A DNA stretch of 32,000 nt from Candidatus Saccharimonadota bacterium (GCA_045690015.1 CP145877.1:90001-122000); one strand, 5' to 3'. Shown: positions 10,877 through 20,955, counted from the first letter of the stretch. The notes: generated by a model from the sequence alone, not told the origin. Program-made: numbers and translations.

Positions 10877-12304
10877 ATGGCAATAAAAAATATAAGTACT
10901 GAAGTTCTAGTTATTGGTGCAGGACCATCTGGATATTCTGCTGCGTTTAGATGTGCAGATTTGGGATTAGGAATATGTTTAGTAGAAGCTAACAATTACT
11001 TGGGAGGCGTATGTTTAAATGAAGGATGTATACCCTCTAAAACTTTGCTTGACATTAGTAAATTTATTAATCAAGCAAGACAGATGAAACATAAAAAAAT
11101 TATTTCAGAAATGCTTGAAATTAATTTTCATGAGGTACGTAATTGGAAAAAAAAAGTGGTAAAAAAATTAAATAATGGTTTAGCAATGATGGCTAAACAT
11201 CGTAATGTGACTGTCGTTACAGGAGTAGCAGAATTTACTGATGAACATACAGTTACTGTTAAGCAAGATACCAATTTAATCCAAATTACATTTGATAATG
11301 TAATTATTGCCACCGGTGCGCGTCCTATAGAAATTCCATTATCTTATTCTGAAGATCCTAGAATCTGGAATTCAACCCAAGCTTTATCACTTGAATCTAT
11401 TCCTTCTCGACTTCTTATTATAGGAGGAGGTATTATAGGATTAGAAATGGCTACTATTTATCATTCATTTGGATCACAGATTGATCTAATAGAATTAGGA
11501 CCTCAGCTAATACATGGATTAGATAAAGATATAATAGAATTTTTCACAAAAAGCATAAAAAATCAATTTGATTTAAGATTAAATACTAAAGTGATTCAGA
11601 TAAATTCGAATAATAATGGTATTCATGTCATAATGCAAAGCAAAAATACTGCTTGTGAATCTAAGATTTATGATGCGGTTTTAGTTGCTATTGGTAGAAA
11701 ACCAAATACCGATTTAATGAATATAAAAAAAATTGGAATACAACTGAATGAAAAAGGATTTATTGTAGTTAATGAACAAATGCGTACTAACCTTCCTCAT
11801 ATTTATGCCATTGGAGATATTATTGGTGAACCTATGTTAGCACATAAAGGTATGCACCAAGGACATATAGCAGCAGAAGTTATTGCTGGTAAAAAACATT
11901 ACTTCGATCCAAAAGTAATACCCGCCATAGCTTATACCGAACCAGAAATTGCTTGGATAGGAATCACCGAAAAAGAAGCTAATCAAAAAAATCTAAGATA
12001 TGAGGTTGCAATTTATCCTTGGTCAGCATCGGGACGAGCTATGGCATCAGATTGTTCAAATGGAATAACTAAATTGATTATTGATAAATCTAATAAGATT
12101 ATCGGAGCAGGAATTGTAGGTCACAATTGTAGTGAAATAATTGGTGAAATTGCATTGGCTATTGAAATGGGATGTGATATTAAAGATATTGCTCTTACTA
12201 TTCATGCACATCCAACTTTATATGAATCTATTGGTATTACTGCTCAAATAATGGTAGGAACAGTAACGGATTTAGTAAATTATAAAGTTAGAAAAAATAA
12301 TTAA
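10877..12304 (+). CDS. lpdA: Dihydrolipoyl dehydrogenase (E3 component)
   Basis: The 475-aa ORF has the FAD motif GAGPSGYSAA, the redox-active disulfide GGVCLNEGCIPSK, the NAD motif GGGIIGLEMA and the C-terminal HAHPTLYES. An AAGGAA Shine-Dalgarno lies upstream. Confidence 0.96.
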   Translation: MAIKNISTEVLVIGAGPSGYSAAFRCADLGLGICLVEANNYLGGVCLNEGCIPSKTLLDISKFINQARQMKHKKIISEMLEINFHEVRNWKKKVVKKLNNGLAMMAKHRNVTVVTGVAEFTDEHTVTVKQDTNLIQITFDNVIIATGARPIEIPLSYSEDPRIWNSTQALSLESIPSRLLIIGGGIIGLEMATIYHSFGSQIDLIELGPQLIHGLDKDIIEFFTKSIKNQFDLRLNTKVIQINSNNNGIHVIMQSKNTACESKIYDAVLVAIGRKPNTDLMNIKKIGIQLNEKGFIVVNEQMRTNLPHIYAIGDIIGEPMLAHKGMHQGHIAAEVIAGKKHYFDPKVIPAIAYTEPEIAWIGITEKEANQKNLRYEVAIYPWSASGRAMASDCSNGITKLIIDKSNKIIGAGIVGHNCSEIIGEIALAIEMGCDIKDIALTIHAHPTLYESIGITAQIMVGTVTDLVNYKVRKNN

Positions 12305-12540
12305 CAATCGTAAATAACTTACGAAAAATTTTTTATACTGTTTATAAGTATTTCTAAAATTACATTAACCTTAAGTAATCAAGAATTGATTAATAACTAA
12401 CTTATTATTGCTTCTTACTACTAGATTTCAAGTTAATTAATGAGTACATTATGTTTATAATATTTACGAATTTACTCAATGGTAATAGTTTATGGTTTTC
12501 AGCATTATTAATTTTATTATGAACAAATACCAATATAAAT

Positions 12541-13056
12541 ATGGTTAATTCTATGTTAACCGAAAATAAAATTCATCATCGTATTAAAACTCTTGGAGAA
12601 TCTATCTCGGAATATTATAAGAACAGTAATTTTAATCTAGTTATTATTGGTATATTACGAGGAGCATTTATCTTTATAGCTGATTTGTGTAGAGAAATTA
12701 CTATTTCTCATCAACTTGATTTTATGTGTGTTTCAAGTTATGGAAATTCCATTTCATCAAGTTATGATATAAAAATTATTAAAGATCTAGAATTACAGAT
12801 TGGAGGAAAACATGCTCTATTGGTAGATGATATTATTGATTCCGGTTATTCTTTAATAAAAATATATGAACTTTTAATGTTAAGAAAACCAAAGTCTTTA
12901 TTAATTTGTACTTTATTAGACAAACCCATATGTAGATCGGTTAAAATTGAACCTAGTTGGATAGGTTTTACCATTAGTGATGAGTTTGTTGTAGGCTATG
13001 GGATGGATTATGCACAGAACTATCGTCATTTTCCTTATATTGGAAAATTAGTCTAG
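12541..13056 (+). CDS. hpt: Hypoxanthine phosphoribosyltransferase
   Basis: The 171-aa ORF contains GILRGAFIFIADLCREI, the PRPP-binding loop LLVDDIIDSG and DEFVVGYGMDYAQNYRHFPYIGK, colinear with E. coli Hpt. Confidence 0.94.
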   Translation: MVNSMLTENKIHHRIKTLGESISEYYKNSNFNLVIIGILRGAFIFIADLCREITISHQLDFMCVSSYGNSISSSYDIKIIKDLELQIGGKHALLVDDIIDSGYSLIKIYELLMLRKPKSLLICTLLDKPICRSVKIEPSWIGFTISDEFVVGYGMDYAQNYRHFPYIGKLV

Positions 13057-13087
13057 TCTCTAACAATAAATTTTAAGTATATCCGTT

Positions 13088-14008
13088 ATGTATGCACTTG
13101 AAATAATAAATCTTATAAAAAAATATGGTCCTATGTATGCTTTAAAAGAAATCAACTTAAAGGTTTCAATTGGCGATTTTTATGCATTATTAGGATCAAA
13201 TGGTGCTGGTAAAACCACTTTAATTGGGATTATTAGTTCTTTAATTAATAAAACTACTGGAAAAATCAAAATCTTTGGACATGACTTAGAAAATAACCTT
13301 ATTAAAGCTAAAAGAATACTTGGTTTAGTACCACAGGAATTTAATTTTAATCCATTTGAGACCGTATTACAAATAATAATTAATCAAGCAGGTTATTATG
13401 GAATAAATAAACGTGAAGCAACGAAGAAAGCTAAAGAATATCTAAATCAATTAAATTTATGGCAAAATCGTTTTCAACCAGCACGAATGCTTTCAGGAGG
13501 TATGAAACGTCGCCTTATGATTGCTCGTGCATTAATACATTCTCCAAAATTACTTATTTTAGATGAGCCAACAGCTGGAGTAGATATTGAATTACGTCTA
13601 GTAATGTGGAAATTTTTAAACCAATTAAATCGAAATGGTACAACTATTATTTTAACTACTCATTATTTAGAAGAAGCTGAAACCTTATGTCGTAATATAG
13701 GTATAATTAAAAAAGGAATCTTAATAGAAAATACCTCTATAAAAAATTTATTGACCAAATTAAAAACCGAAAAATTTATTCTAGATTTAGATAAAAATAC
13801 TCCTCCACCAAAATTAATTGGATATAAATCTAAATTTATAGATAAATATACTTTAGAGGTCGAAATAGATCGAAATCAAGGAATAAATGATATTTTTACC
13901 CAATTGAATCATCAAAGAGTTAAAGTATTAAGTATGCGTAATAAAACCAATCGCTTAGAAACTTTATTCGTAGAATTAATCAAAGAAGCTAAAGAGATTA
14001 GAAAATGA
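13088..14008 (+). CDS. yadG: ABC-2 type transporter, ATP-binding subunit
   Basis: The 306-aa ORF has Walker A GSNGAGKTT, signature LSGGMKRRL and Walker B LLILDEPTAGVD. The order hpt-yadG-yadH matches E. coli. Confidence 0.88.
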   Translation: MYALEIINLIKKYGPMYALKEINLKVSIGDFYALLGSNGAGKTTLIGIISSLINKTTGKIKIFGHDLENNLIKAKRILGLVPQEFNFNPFETVLQIIINQAGYYGINKREATKKAKEYLNQLNLWQNRFQPARMLSGGMKRRLMIARALIHSPKLLILDEPTAGVDIELRLVMWKFLNQLNRNGTTIILTTHYLEEAETLCRNIGIIKKGILIENTSIKNLLTKLKTEKFILDLDKNTPPPKLIGYKSKFIDKYTLEVEIDRNQGINDIFTQLNHQRVKVLSMRNKTNRLETLFVELIKEAKEIRK

Positions 14009-14775
14009 TATATCCCTATTGGATACCTTTAAAAAGTATCTGGACCAAAGAAATTAAAAGATTTACTAGAATTTGGATACAGACCTTAATGCCACCAGTC
14101 ATTACAATGACCTTATATTTTTATATATTTGGTAATCTTATTGGTTCACAAATTAAGAAAATTCAGGGATTTAATTATATTGAATTTATTGTTCCCGGTC
14201 TTATTATGATGGCTGTAATTTATAACTCTTATACTAATGTAGCTTCATCATTTTTCAATGCTAAACTTCAAAGGAGTATTGAAGAATTATTAATAGCTCC
14301 TATTCCAACGCACATTATTATCATAGGATATGTAGGGGGAGGAGTAGCACGTGGTATTTGTGTAGGGTTCTTACTGACTTTAATATCTATGTTATTTGTT
14401 CATTTTCATGTATACTCATGGTTAATAACCATATCGATTGTACTTTTGACTGTAACTGTATTTTCTCTAGCAGGTTTGTTAAATGCTTTATTTGCAAAAA
14501 ATTTTGATGATATTAGTTTAATACCTACTCTCATAATAACTCCATTAAGTTATTTAGGGGGAGTTTTCTACTCTATAAATCTTTTACCACGTTTATGGCA
14601 AAATCTCTCAAAATTCAATCCTATTATGTATATGATCAGTGGATTTCGTTTAGGAATCCTTGGAATTCAAGATGTATCTTTATCAATTACAGTAGTAATA
14701 CTTATAACTCTGATAATAATTTTTTATCTACTAATATGGAAGTTAATTCAACAAGGATATGGACTAAAAAATTAA
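14005..14775 (+). CDS. yadH: ABC-2 type transporter, permease subunit
   Basis: The 256-aa hydrophobic ORF has about six predicted membrane spans. It shows ATGA start-stop overlap with yadG. Its position matches E. coli yadH. Confidence 0.85.
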   Translation: MIYPYWIPLKSIWTKEIKRFTRIWIQTLMPPVITMTLYFYIFGNLIGSQIKKIQGFNYIEFIVPGLIMMAVIYNSYTNVASSFFNAKLQRSIEELLIAPIPTHIIIIGYVGGGVARGICVGFLLTLISMLFVHFHVYSWLITISIVLLTVTVFSLAGLLNALFAKNFDDISLIPTLIITPLSYLGGVFYSINLLPRLWQNLSKFNPIMYMISGFRLGILGIQDVSLSITVVILITLIIIFYLLIWKLIQQGYGLKN

Positions 14776-14783
14776 TTTAGATT

Positions 14784-15233
14784 TTAACGTGAAATTATTT
14801 GTTTTTCGCGAAATTCTGCTAAAGTTTTACAATCAATACACAGATTTGCTGTAGGTTGAGCTTCAAGACGCCGAATACCTATTTCTACTCCACAGCTATC
14901 ACAATAACCAAAAGTAGCGTCATCTATTTTTCTTAATGTTCTTTCAATCTTTTTAATTAACTTTCTTTCTCGATCTTTAGTACGTAATTTAAGATTAAAT
15001 TCTTCTTCTTGAGTTGCTCTATCAACTGGATCAGGAAAATTAATAGACTCATTTGTCATATTACACATAATATTCTCGGATTCTTCATGAAGTTGAGCAC
15101 ACCAGGCTTGTAAAATTTTTTTAAAATGATTTAACTGATTTTTATTCATATATGCTTCGCTGGATTTTTCCTGATAAGGTTCAACTCCAGCAATAGAAAG
15201 AAGACTTAAAGAACTTTTATTTTCAGTTTTCAT
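14784..15233 (-). CDS. dksA: RNA polymerase-binding transcription factor DksA
   Basis: The 149-aa ORF contains the coiled-coil tip [30 protein letters not shown] and the zinc finger [28 protein letters not shown]. Confidence 0.96.
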   Translation of the reverse strand: MKTENKSSLSLLSIAGVEPYQEKSSEAYMNKNQLNHFKKILQAWCAQLHEESENIMCNMTNESINFPDPVDRATQEEEFNLKLRTKDRERKLIKKIERTLRKIDDATFGYCDSCGVEIGIRRLEAQPTANLCIDCKTLAEFREKQIISR

Positions 15234-15450
15234 ATTATTTATCTCCCATAAAAATGGATATTAAAAATACTATATTTTTTAATTTTTTGTTAATTAAATT
15301 CGATAATCAATATCTTTTAATCATGAAATACACAATCTAGTTTTCAAAGTTGAGAAATTTATAATCTTCTACTAAATTATATAGAGAGCTAATTACTATA
15401 GATTAAAAGTAGTTATGATGTTATTTTCATATTATGAAAAATAGGTTTTT

Positions 15451-17667
15451 ATGACTTTTATTAGCCTGTTGAAAGGAATAATAATAATTATATTAACAAT
15501 AATAATTATATCAGGAATGATGTTAGATAATCAAATACGAGCTCGTATTGATGGAAAAACTTGGAATTTACCAAATGTAATATATAGTCGAATAATAGAT
15601 ATTCAATCTAAAAATTTCTCTTATAAAAAATCTAAAATAATTAAAATTCTGATATCAAGAAAATATCGTGCAGTATCTAAAATAAGTAGGACGGGGGAAT
15701 TTATTGTAAATCATAATACTATTGAAATACTTCGTCGTCCATTTAATTTTCCGAATAGTCTCACTTATAAAAAATCCTCTTTTCTTCATGCACGTCTATT
15801 TTTCCATAAAGGATTTTTAACTAAAATAGTTAATTTATATAATGGAAAAAAATTATCCGTCCTTCGTATTGATCCTATTATACTAACTATATTGTCATCA
15901 AAGAATGGGGAACAACGTTTATTTACTCCTCTCAATGAATTTCCAGATATGCTAATATCAATACTATTGGCGACAGAAGATAGAAACTTTTATAATCATA
16001 ATGGTATAAGTATTTCTGCTATATGTAGAGCATTTCTTGTCAATGTTATTGCGGGTAAAAAAATTCAAGGAGGTAGTACTATTACACAGCAATTAGTAAG
16101 AAATTTTTTTCTTAATAATCAGCGTAGCCTTTGGCGGAAAATCAAAGAAATATATATGGCAGTTATTCTTAATGCACGTTATAGTAAAGAGCGCATTCTT
16201 GAACTTTATCTGAATGAAATTTTCTTAGGACAAAATAACAGTGAACAAATTCGGGGTTTCCCATTAGCGAGTTTTTATTATTTTGGACGACCTATTAACG
16301 AACTAGGATTAGAACAACAAGTATTACTTGTAGGCATGATAAAAGGAGCTTCAATATATAATCCTTATATTCACCCTCTACGAAGTTTGAAAAGACGTAG
16401 TATAGTTTTTTCTATGCTATATAAAAAAAATCTCATTAGTTTATATCAACATACCAGACTTAATCAAATAAACTTAGGAATTAAATCATTTAATAAATCT
16501 CAAGAAGAAAAATATCCGGCTTTTATGCAAAAAATTATTACTGATCTAAAATATCAACTAAAATTAAATCCTAATAATTTATCGGGAATAAGAATTTTTT
16601 CTACTTTAGATCCTCTTATACAAAATGCAGCTAAAAGAGCAATACAAGAAGAAATACCTATTTTACAAAAACAACATCGTTTACAAGATTTAGAAAGTGC
16701 TATAGTTATAGTTGATCGTCTTACAGGAGAAGTAAGAAGTATCATAGGAGGTTCTAATCCAATATTTCAAGGTTATAATCGAGCTTTACAAGCTAGACGT
16801 TCAATTGGTTCTTTAGTAAAACCGGCCATTTATTTATCTGCTCTAAGTCAACCAAATTTATATAGTCTAAATACTAAATTAGATGATTTTCCGCTAGAAT
16901 TACAAATTTCAAAACATCATTTTTGGAAACCTCATAATAATGATTACAGATTTGGAGGATCTTTAATTTTATTAGATGCTTTAACATATTCCATCAATAT
17001 TTCTACAGTAAATTTAGGAGTATCATTAGGAATAAAAAAAATTAATGAAACATTATTAAAATTAGGAATATCAAAAAATAGATTATCTATAGTACCCTCA
17101 ATTTTATTAGGAGCACTTAATCTTACTCCATTTGAAGTAATACAAATCTATCAAACTATAGCTAGTGGAGGCTATCGAGCTCCGCTTTCAACTATTCGTT
17201 ATATTGTGGATAGTGAGGATCATCTAATTTATAATAGTATTCCAAAAATACAAAAAGTATTTTCAGATCAAGCCGCATATTTAACTTTATATGCTATGCA
17301 ACAAGCAGTAATTCATGGAACAGCTCGTGCATTAGGAGTAATATATCCTAATTATCAATTAGCAGCAAAAACCGGTACTACTAATAGATTGCATGATAGC
17401 TGGTTCGCAGGTATTGATGGAAAAGAGGTGGTTGTTATCTGGATTGGAAGAGATAATAATAATTCTACAAAACTTTATGGTTCTAATGGAGCCCTAAATT
17501 TATATAAACTATATCTAAGATATAATATTCCTACACCATTTTGGTTATTTAAACCTACAGAGATATCTATGATTAGCATTAATCATTATGGTAATTTAAT
17601 TTGTAAAATATCTAGTAAATGGCGTAAAATTCCTATATGGAATTATAATCATCATAAATTTTGTTAA
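15451..17667 (+). CDS. mrcB: Bifunctional penicillin-binding protein 1B (glycosyltransferase/transpeptidase)
   Basis: The 738-aa ORF starts with an N-terminal membrane span. It has the GT51 motifs EDRNFYNHNGIS, GGSTITQQLV and RKIKE. It has the transpeptidase motifs SIGSLVKP (SxxK), YSIN (SxN) and AKTGTT (KTG). It is colinear with E. coli PBP1B from the transmembrane helix onward. Confidence 0.94.
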   Translation: MTFISLLKGIIIIILTIIIISGMMLDNQIRARIDGKTWNLPNVIYSRIIDIQSKNFSYKKSKIIKILISRKYRAVSKISRTGEFIVNHNTIEILRRPFNFPNSLTYKKSSFLHARLFFHKGFLTKIVNLYNGKKLSVLRIDPIILTILSSKNGEQRLFTPLNEFPDMLISILLATEDRNFYNHNGISISAICRAFLVNVIAGKKIQGGSTITQQLVRNFFLNNQRSLWRKIKEIYMAVILNARYSKERILELYLNEIFLGQNNSEQIRGFPLASFYYFGRPINELGLEQQVLLVGMIKGASIYNPYIHPLRSLKRRSIVFSMLYKKNLISLYQHTRLNQINLGIKSFNKSQEEKYPAFMQKIITDLKYQLKLNPNNLSGIRIFSTLDPLIQNAAKRAIQEEIPILQKQHRLQDLESAIVIVDRLTGEVRSIIGGSNPIFQGYNRALQARRSIGSLVKPAIYLSALSQPNLYSLNTKLDDFPLELQISKHHFWKPHNNDYRFGGSLILLDALTYSINISTVNLGVSLGIKKINETLLKLGISKNRLSIVPSILLGALNLTPFEVIQIYQTIASGGYRAPLSTIRYIVDSEDHLIYNSIPKIQKVFSDQAAYLTLYAMQQAVIHGTARALGVIYPNYQLAAKTGTTNRLHDSWFAGIDGKEVVVIWIGRDNNNSTKLYGSNGALNLYKLYLRYNIPTPFWLFKPTEISMISINHYGNLICKISSKWRKIPIWNYNHHKFC

Positions 17668-17704
17668 AACAATTGTATTTTAATAAATAAAAATTATTAA
17701 TTTT

Positions 17705-18037
17705 ATGAATAAAAAAATAGAATTAACCAATTACGCGGCTAAAAAAATAAAAGATTTAATATCTAAGAAAAAAAAGGTGAATCTTAAACTACGTGTTTAT
17801 ATTACAGGAGGAGGTTGTAGTGGTTTTCAATATGGATTTATTTTAGATGATCATCTTTATCCTGGTGATTTAGTATTTGAAAAAGAGGAGGTTCAATTAG
17901 TTATAGATGCTATGAGTTTTCAATATTTAATTGGAAGTTGTATTGATTATGTAGATCAAATTGAAGGATCTCGTTTTATAGTCAAGAATCCTAATGCTAA
18001 AACCACTTGTAGTTGTGGTGCTTCATTTAATACATAA
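17705..18037 (+). CDS. erpA: A-type iron-sulfur cluster carrier ErpA
   Basis: The 110-aa ORF contains [19 protein letters not shown] and [22 protein letters not shown], nearly identical in its blocks to E. coli ErpA. Confidence 0.93.
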   Translation: MNKKIELTNYAAKKIKDLISKKKKVNLKLRVYITGGGCSGFQYGFILDDHLYPGDLVFEKEEVQLVIDAMSFQYLIGSCIDYVDQIEGSRFIVKNPNAKTTCSCGASFNT

Positions 18038-18125
18038 TATCATGTCAATATTATTTTCACATGATAAATAGTTCAATGATATAATCATATTTATTTATAT
18101 TTACTGATTTTACGAGAAGTATTTA

Positions 18126-19301
18126 ATGAAAAAAAAATCTTTAATTTTTAGTAGCATTTTAGGTATAGCATTAAATATAATGAATATACCGTTGGTAAGT
18201 TCAAAAAGTTATACGGCAATGTCTTGTAATATTAATTATTTACCTAATAGTTTAGCTCCAATAGTAAGTAAAGTTATGCCAAGCGTAGTAACTATTACTG
18301 CACTAGGAGTTCATAATGTTGAATCTACTAAGATTATACCTCAGTTACGAGAATTTTTTAATGATGATGCTTGTAGTAAAGATGGATTTCTATGGAAAGA
18401 TTCTCCATTTTGTGAAAGTAAATCAGAAAATGTGCCTTTTATTTCTTTAGGTACTGGTGTAATTATAAATGCTCGAAAAGGTTATGTAGTTACAAATAAT
18501 CATGTGATTAATAATACCAATAAAATTCGAGTACAACTAAGTAATGGACATCAGTCTGATGCAAAGTTAATTGGTAAAGATCAAGAAATAGATCTTGCTG
18601 TTCTTCAAATTAAAGACGTTAATAATTTAACAGAAATCAAATTTTCTGATTCTGATAAAATTCATGTAGGAGACTATTCAATAGCTATTGGTAATCCTTA
18701 TGGATTAAGAAACAGTGTTACAGCCGGAATTATTTCAGCTTTAGGAAGAAGCAATCACCAAAAGTATGGAAATTATATACAGACAGATACACCACTCACT
18801 ATTGGAAACTCAGGAGGTCCTCTAATTAATATAAATGGAGAATTAATAGGTATTAATACTTCGATATATGGAATTAGTTCGGGACCTAATATGGTAGCTA
18901 GTTTAGGCGTTGGATTTGCTATTCCGGCGAATATGGTGAATAAATTAACTTCTCAAATAATACAATATGGATCTATAAAAAGAGGATTATTAGGTATTAT
19001 AGGACAAGAACTTAATCCAGATCTAGTAAAAGATCTGAATATAAATATACCGAGTGGTTTCTTAATTAAGAAGGTTATGCCAAAGTCTTCAGCAGCAATT
19101 TCTGGGATTAAATCTGGAGATATAATTATTTCTTTAAATGGAAAGCCGATTTATACTTATAATTATTTTAAGGGTGAGATTGCAACATTACGTGTGGGAA
19201 CCAAAGTTTCCCTTGGTTTATTAAGAAACCGAAAAAAAATTAATGTAATAGTTTTGTTAGAAGCTAAATTACCAAATCAAAAAACTACTTTAGTTAGATA
19301 A
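18126..19301 (+). CDS. degP: Periplasmic serine endoprotease of the HtrA/DegP family, single-PDZ form
   Basis: The 391-aa ORF has a signal peptide (MKKKSLIFSSILGIALNIMNIPLVSS). The catalytic triad contexts are VVTNNHV (His), IDLAVLQI (Asp) and GNSGGPL (Ser). One PDZ domain is present (GFLIKKVMPKSSAAISGIKSGDIIISLNGKPI). Its position after erpA matches E. coli degP. The ORF ends where DegP PDZ1 ends. Confidence 0.9.
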   Translation: MKKKSLIFSSILGIALNIMNIPLVSSKSYTAMSCNINYLPNSLAPIVSKVMPSVVTITALGVHNVESTKIIPQLREFFNDDACSKDGFLWKDSPFCESKSENVPFISLGTGVIINARKGYVVTNNHVINNTNKIRVQLSNGHQSDAKLIGKDQEIDLAVLQIKDVNNLTEIKFSDSDKIHVGDYSIAIGNPYGLRNSVTAGIISALGRSNHQKYGNYIQTDTPLTIGNSGGPLININGELIGINTSIYGISSGPNMVASLGVGFAIPANMVNKLTSQIIQYGSIKRGLLGIIGQELNPDLVKDLNINIPSGFLIKKVMPKSSAAISGIKSGDIIISLNGKPIYTYNYFKGEIATLRVGTKVSLGLLRNRKKINVIVLLEAKLPNQKTTLVR

Positions 19302-19406
19302 AATAGTAGTAGATTGATTATTAAGTAAGGTGGTAATTTTTTTTACTTTTAATCATCTCTTTCGATCAATGAGATAATAATCGTTCAGAACATCAAAGAA
19401 AAATTT

Positions 19407-20816
19407 CTATTTAGTTTGATTATTTTTAATCAAATTATTTATAGATAATAATTTCTCTAGCTCTTTTTCGGGTAACCAACCTTGTTCTAATATTACTTGT
19501 TTTACAGTTTTACCTGTTTTGAGACAAATCCTCCCAATTATATTGGTTTTATCATGACCAAGATAAGGATTTAAATAAGTGAGAATTCCCAGCGAATTGA
19601 AGACGTATGACTCACAGACTGACTTATTAGCTGTTATACCAGTTACACATTTTTCTAAAAGAGAAAAACATCCTTTCATTAGAAGATCAATAGATTCAAA
19701 TAGAGATTGACTAATAATGGGTTCCATAACATTTAATTGTAATTGTCCAGCTTCTGCAGCAAGAGTAACACAAATATCATTTCCTATGACTTTAAAACAT
19801 AGTTGATTCACTAACTCTGGAATTACTGGATTTACCTTAGCTGGCATAATAGAAGATCCAGCCTGTAATTCAGGTAAATTAATTTCATTAAAACCCGTTC
19901 TAGGACCAGAAGATAATAACCTTAAATCATTACAAATTTTTGATAGTTTTACTGCTAGACGTTTGAGGGCTCCATGAACCATAACATATGCACCACAATC
20001 AGAAGTAGCTTCAATTAAATCTTCTGCTGGTATAAAAGGCAATTTAGTAATTTCTACTAATTTTTTTACCGCAAATTTTTGATAATCACTTGGACTATTA
20101 ACTCCAGTACCTATAGCTGTAGCGCCTAGATTTACTTCTAGTAATAATTTACTATTATTTTCAATATTTTTGATTTCTTCATTAAGCAATACTTGAAAGG
20201 CATTGAATTCTTGACCTAAAGTCATGGGTACTGCATCTTGTAATTGTGTTCTACCCATTTTTAGGATATGGTTAAATTCTATAGATTTTTTTTTAAATCC
20301 TTTTTTTAACTCTACTATAGCTTGTATAAGCTTTTGTAGCAACTTATAAACCGCAATTCTAATACCCGTAGGATAAATATCATTAGTAGATTGACATTTA
20401 TTAACATGGTCATTAGGATGAACATGCTGATATTCACCTTTCTGATATCCTAGAATTTCTAGTGCAATATTAGCTAGTACTTCATTAAGGTTCATATTTA
20501 CCGAAGTACCTGCACCTCCTTGATATACATCAATGGGAAATTGATCTCTATATTTTCCTTCATTTAAAATAAGATCACAAGCTTGAATAATTGCATCAGC
20601 AATGTTAAAAGGTAATACTTTTAGTTCTTTATTAGCTAAAGTTGCAGCTTTTTTTACTATTACCATACTATTAATAAATTCAGGGAGATCACCAATTTTA
20701 TTAGAACTAATCCTAAAATTTTCTAATGCACGAATAGTATGTATACCGTAATAAACATTAGATGGAATTTGTCGAGATCCTAATAAATCTTCTTCTTTAC
20801 GCATATTTATTACCAT
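19407..20816 (-). CDS. aspA: Aspartate ammonia-lyase
   Basis: The 469-aa ORF is colinear with E. coli AspA: [46 protein letters not shown] and the signature loop [12 protein letters not shown]. It neighbours groES as in E. coli. Confidence 0.95.
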   Translation of the reverse strand: MVINMRKEEDLLGSRQIPSNVYYGIHTIRALENFRISSNKIGDLPEFINSMVIVKKAATLANKELKVLPFNIADAIIQACDLILNEGKYRDQFPIDVYQGGAGTSVNMNLNEVLANIALEILGYQKGEYQHVHPNDHVNKCQSTNDIYPTGIRIAVYKLLQKLIQAIVELKKGFKKKSIEFNHILKMGRTQLQDAVPMTLGQEFNAFQVLLNEEIKNIENNSKLLLEVNLGATAIGTGVNSPSDYQKFAVKKLVEITKLPFIPAEDLIEATSDCGAYVMVHGALKRLAVKLSKICNDLRLLSSGPRTGFNEINLPELQAGSSIMPAKVNPVIPELVNQLCFKVIGNDICVTLAAEAGQLQLNVMEPIISQSLFESIDLLMKGCFSLLEKCVTGITANKSVCESYVFNSLGILTYLNPYLGHDKTNIIGRICLKTGKTVKQVILEQGWLPEKELEKLLSINNLIKNNQTK

Positions 20817-20926
20817 GATAACCTTATAAATGAATCTTATTTAATTGAAAAAAATTTTTTCTTTACTATATACTAAAATATAAATCGATTAAAAATAAAT
20901 TTATCAATAAAAATCTTTATATTGCT

Positions 20927-20955
20927 CTTGAATAAATAATATTAATCCCCATCTA
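20927..20955 (+). promoter_or_regulatory. Sigma-32 (RpoH) heat-shock promoter of groES-groEL
   Basis: CTTGAA at 20927-20932, a 14-nt spacer and CCCCATCTA at 20947-20955 match the sigma-32 consensus CTTGAA(A)-N13-17-CCCCATnTA. The C-rich -10 stands out against the AT-rich background. It lies about 85 nt upstream of the groES ATG, comparable to the E. coli groE P1 arrangement. Confidence 0.8.

Noticed and set aside
12309-12335. A small hairpin, cgtaa-ataac-ttacg, followed by aaaaatttttt just after lpdA.
   Set aside because: The stem is only 5 bp and the T tract is separated from it by an A run. This is too weak to call a terminator. The similar weak AT hairpins at 19325-19350 and 19352-19375 (between degP and aspA) and near 26118-26135 (after glyS) were left uncalled for the same reason.
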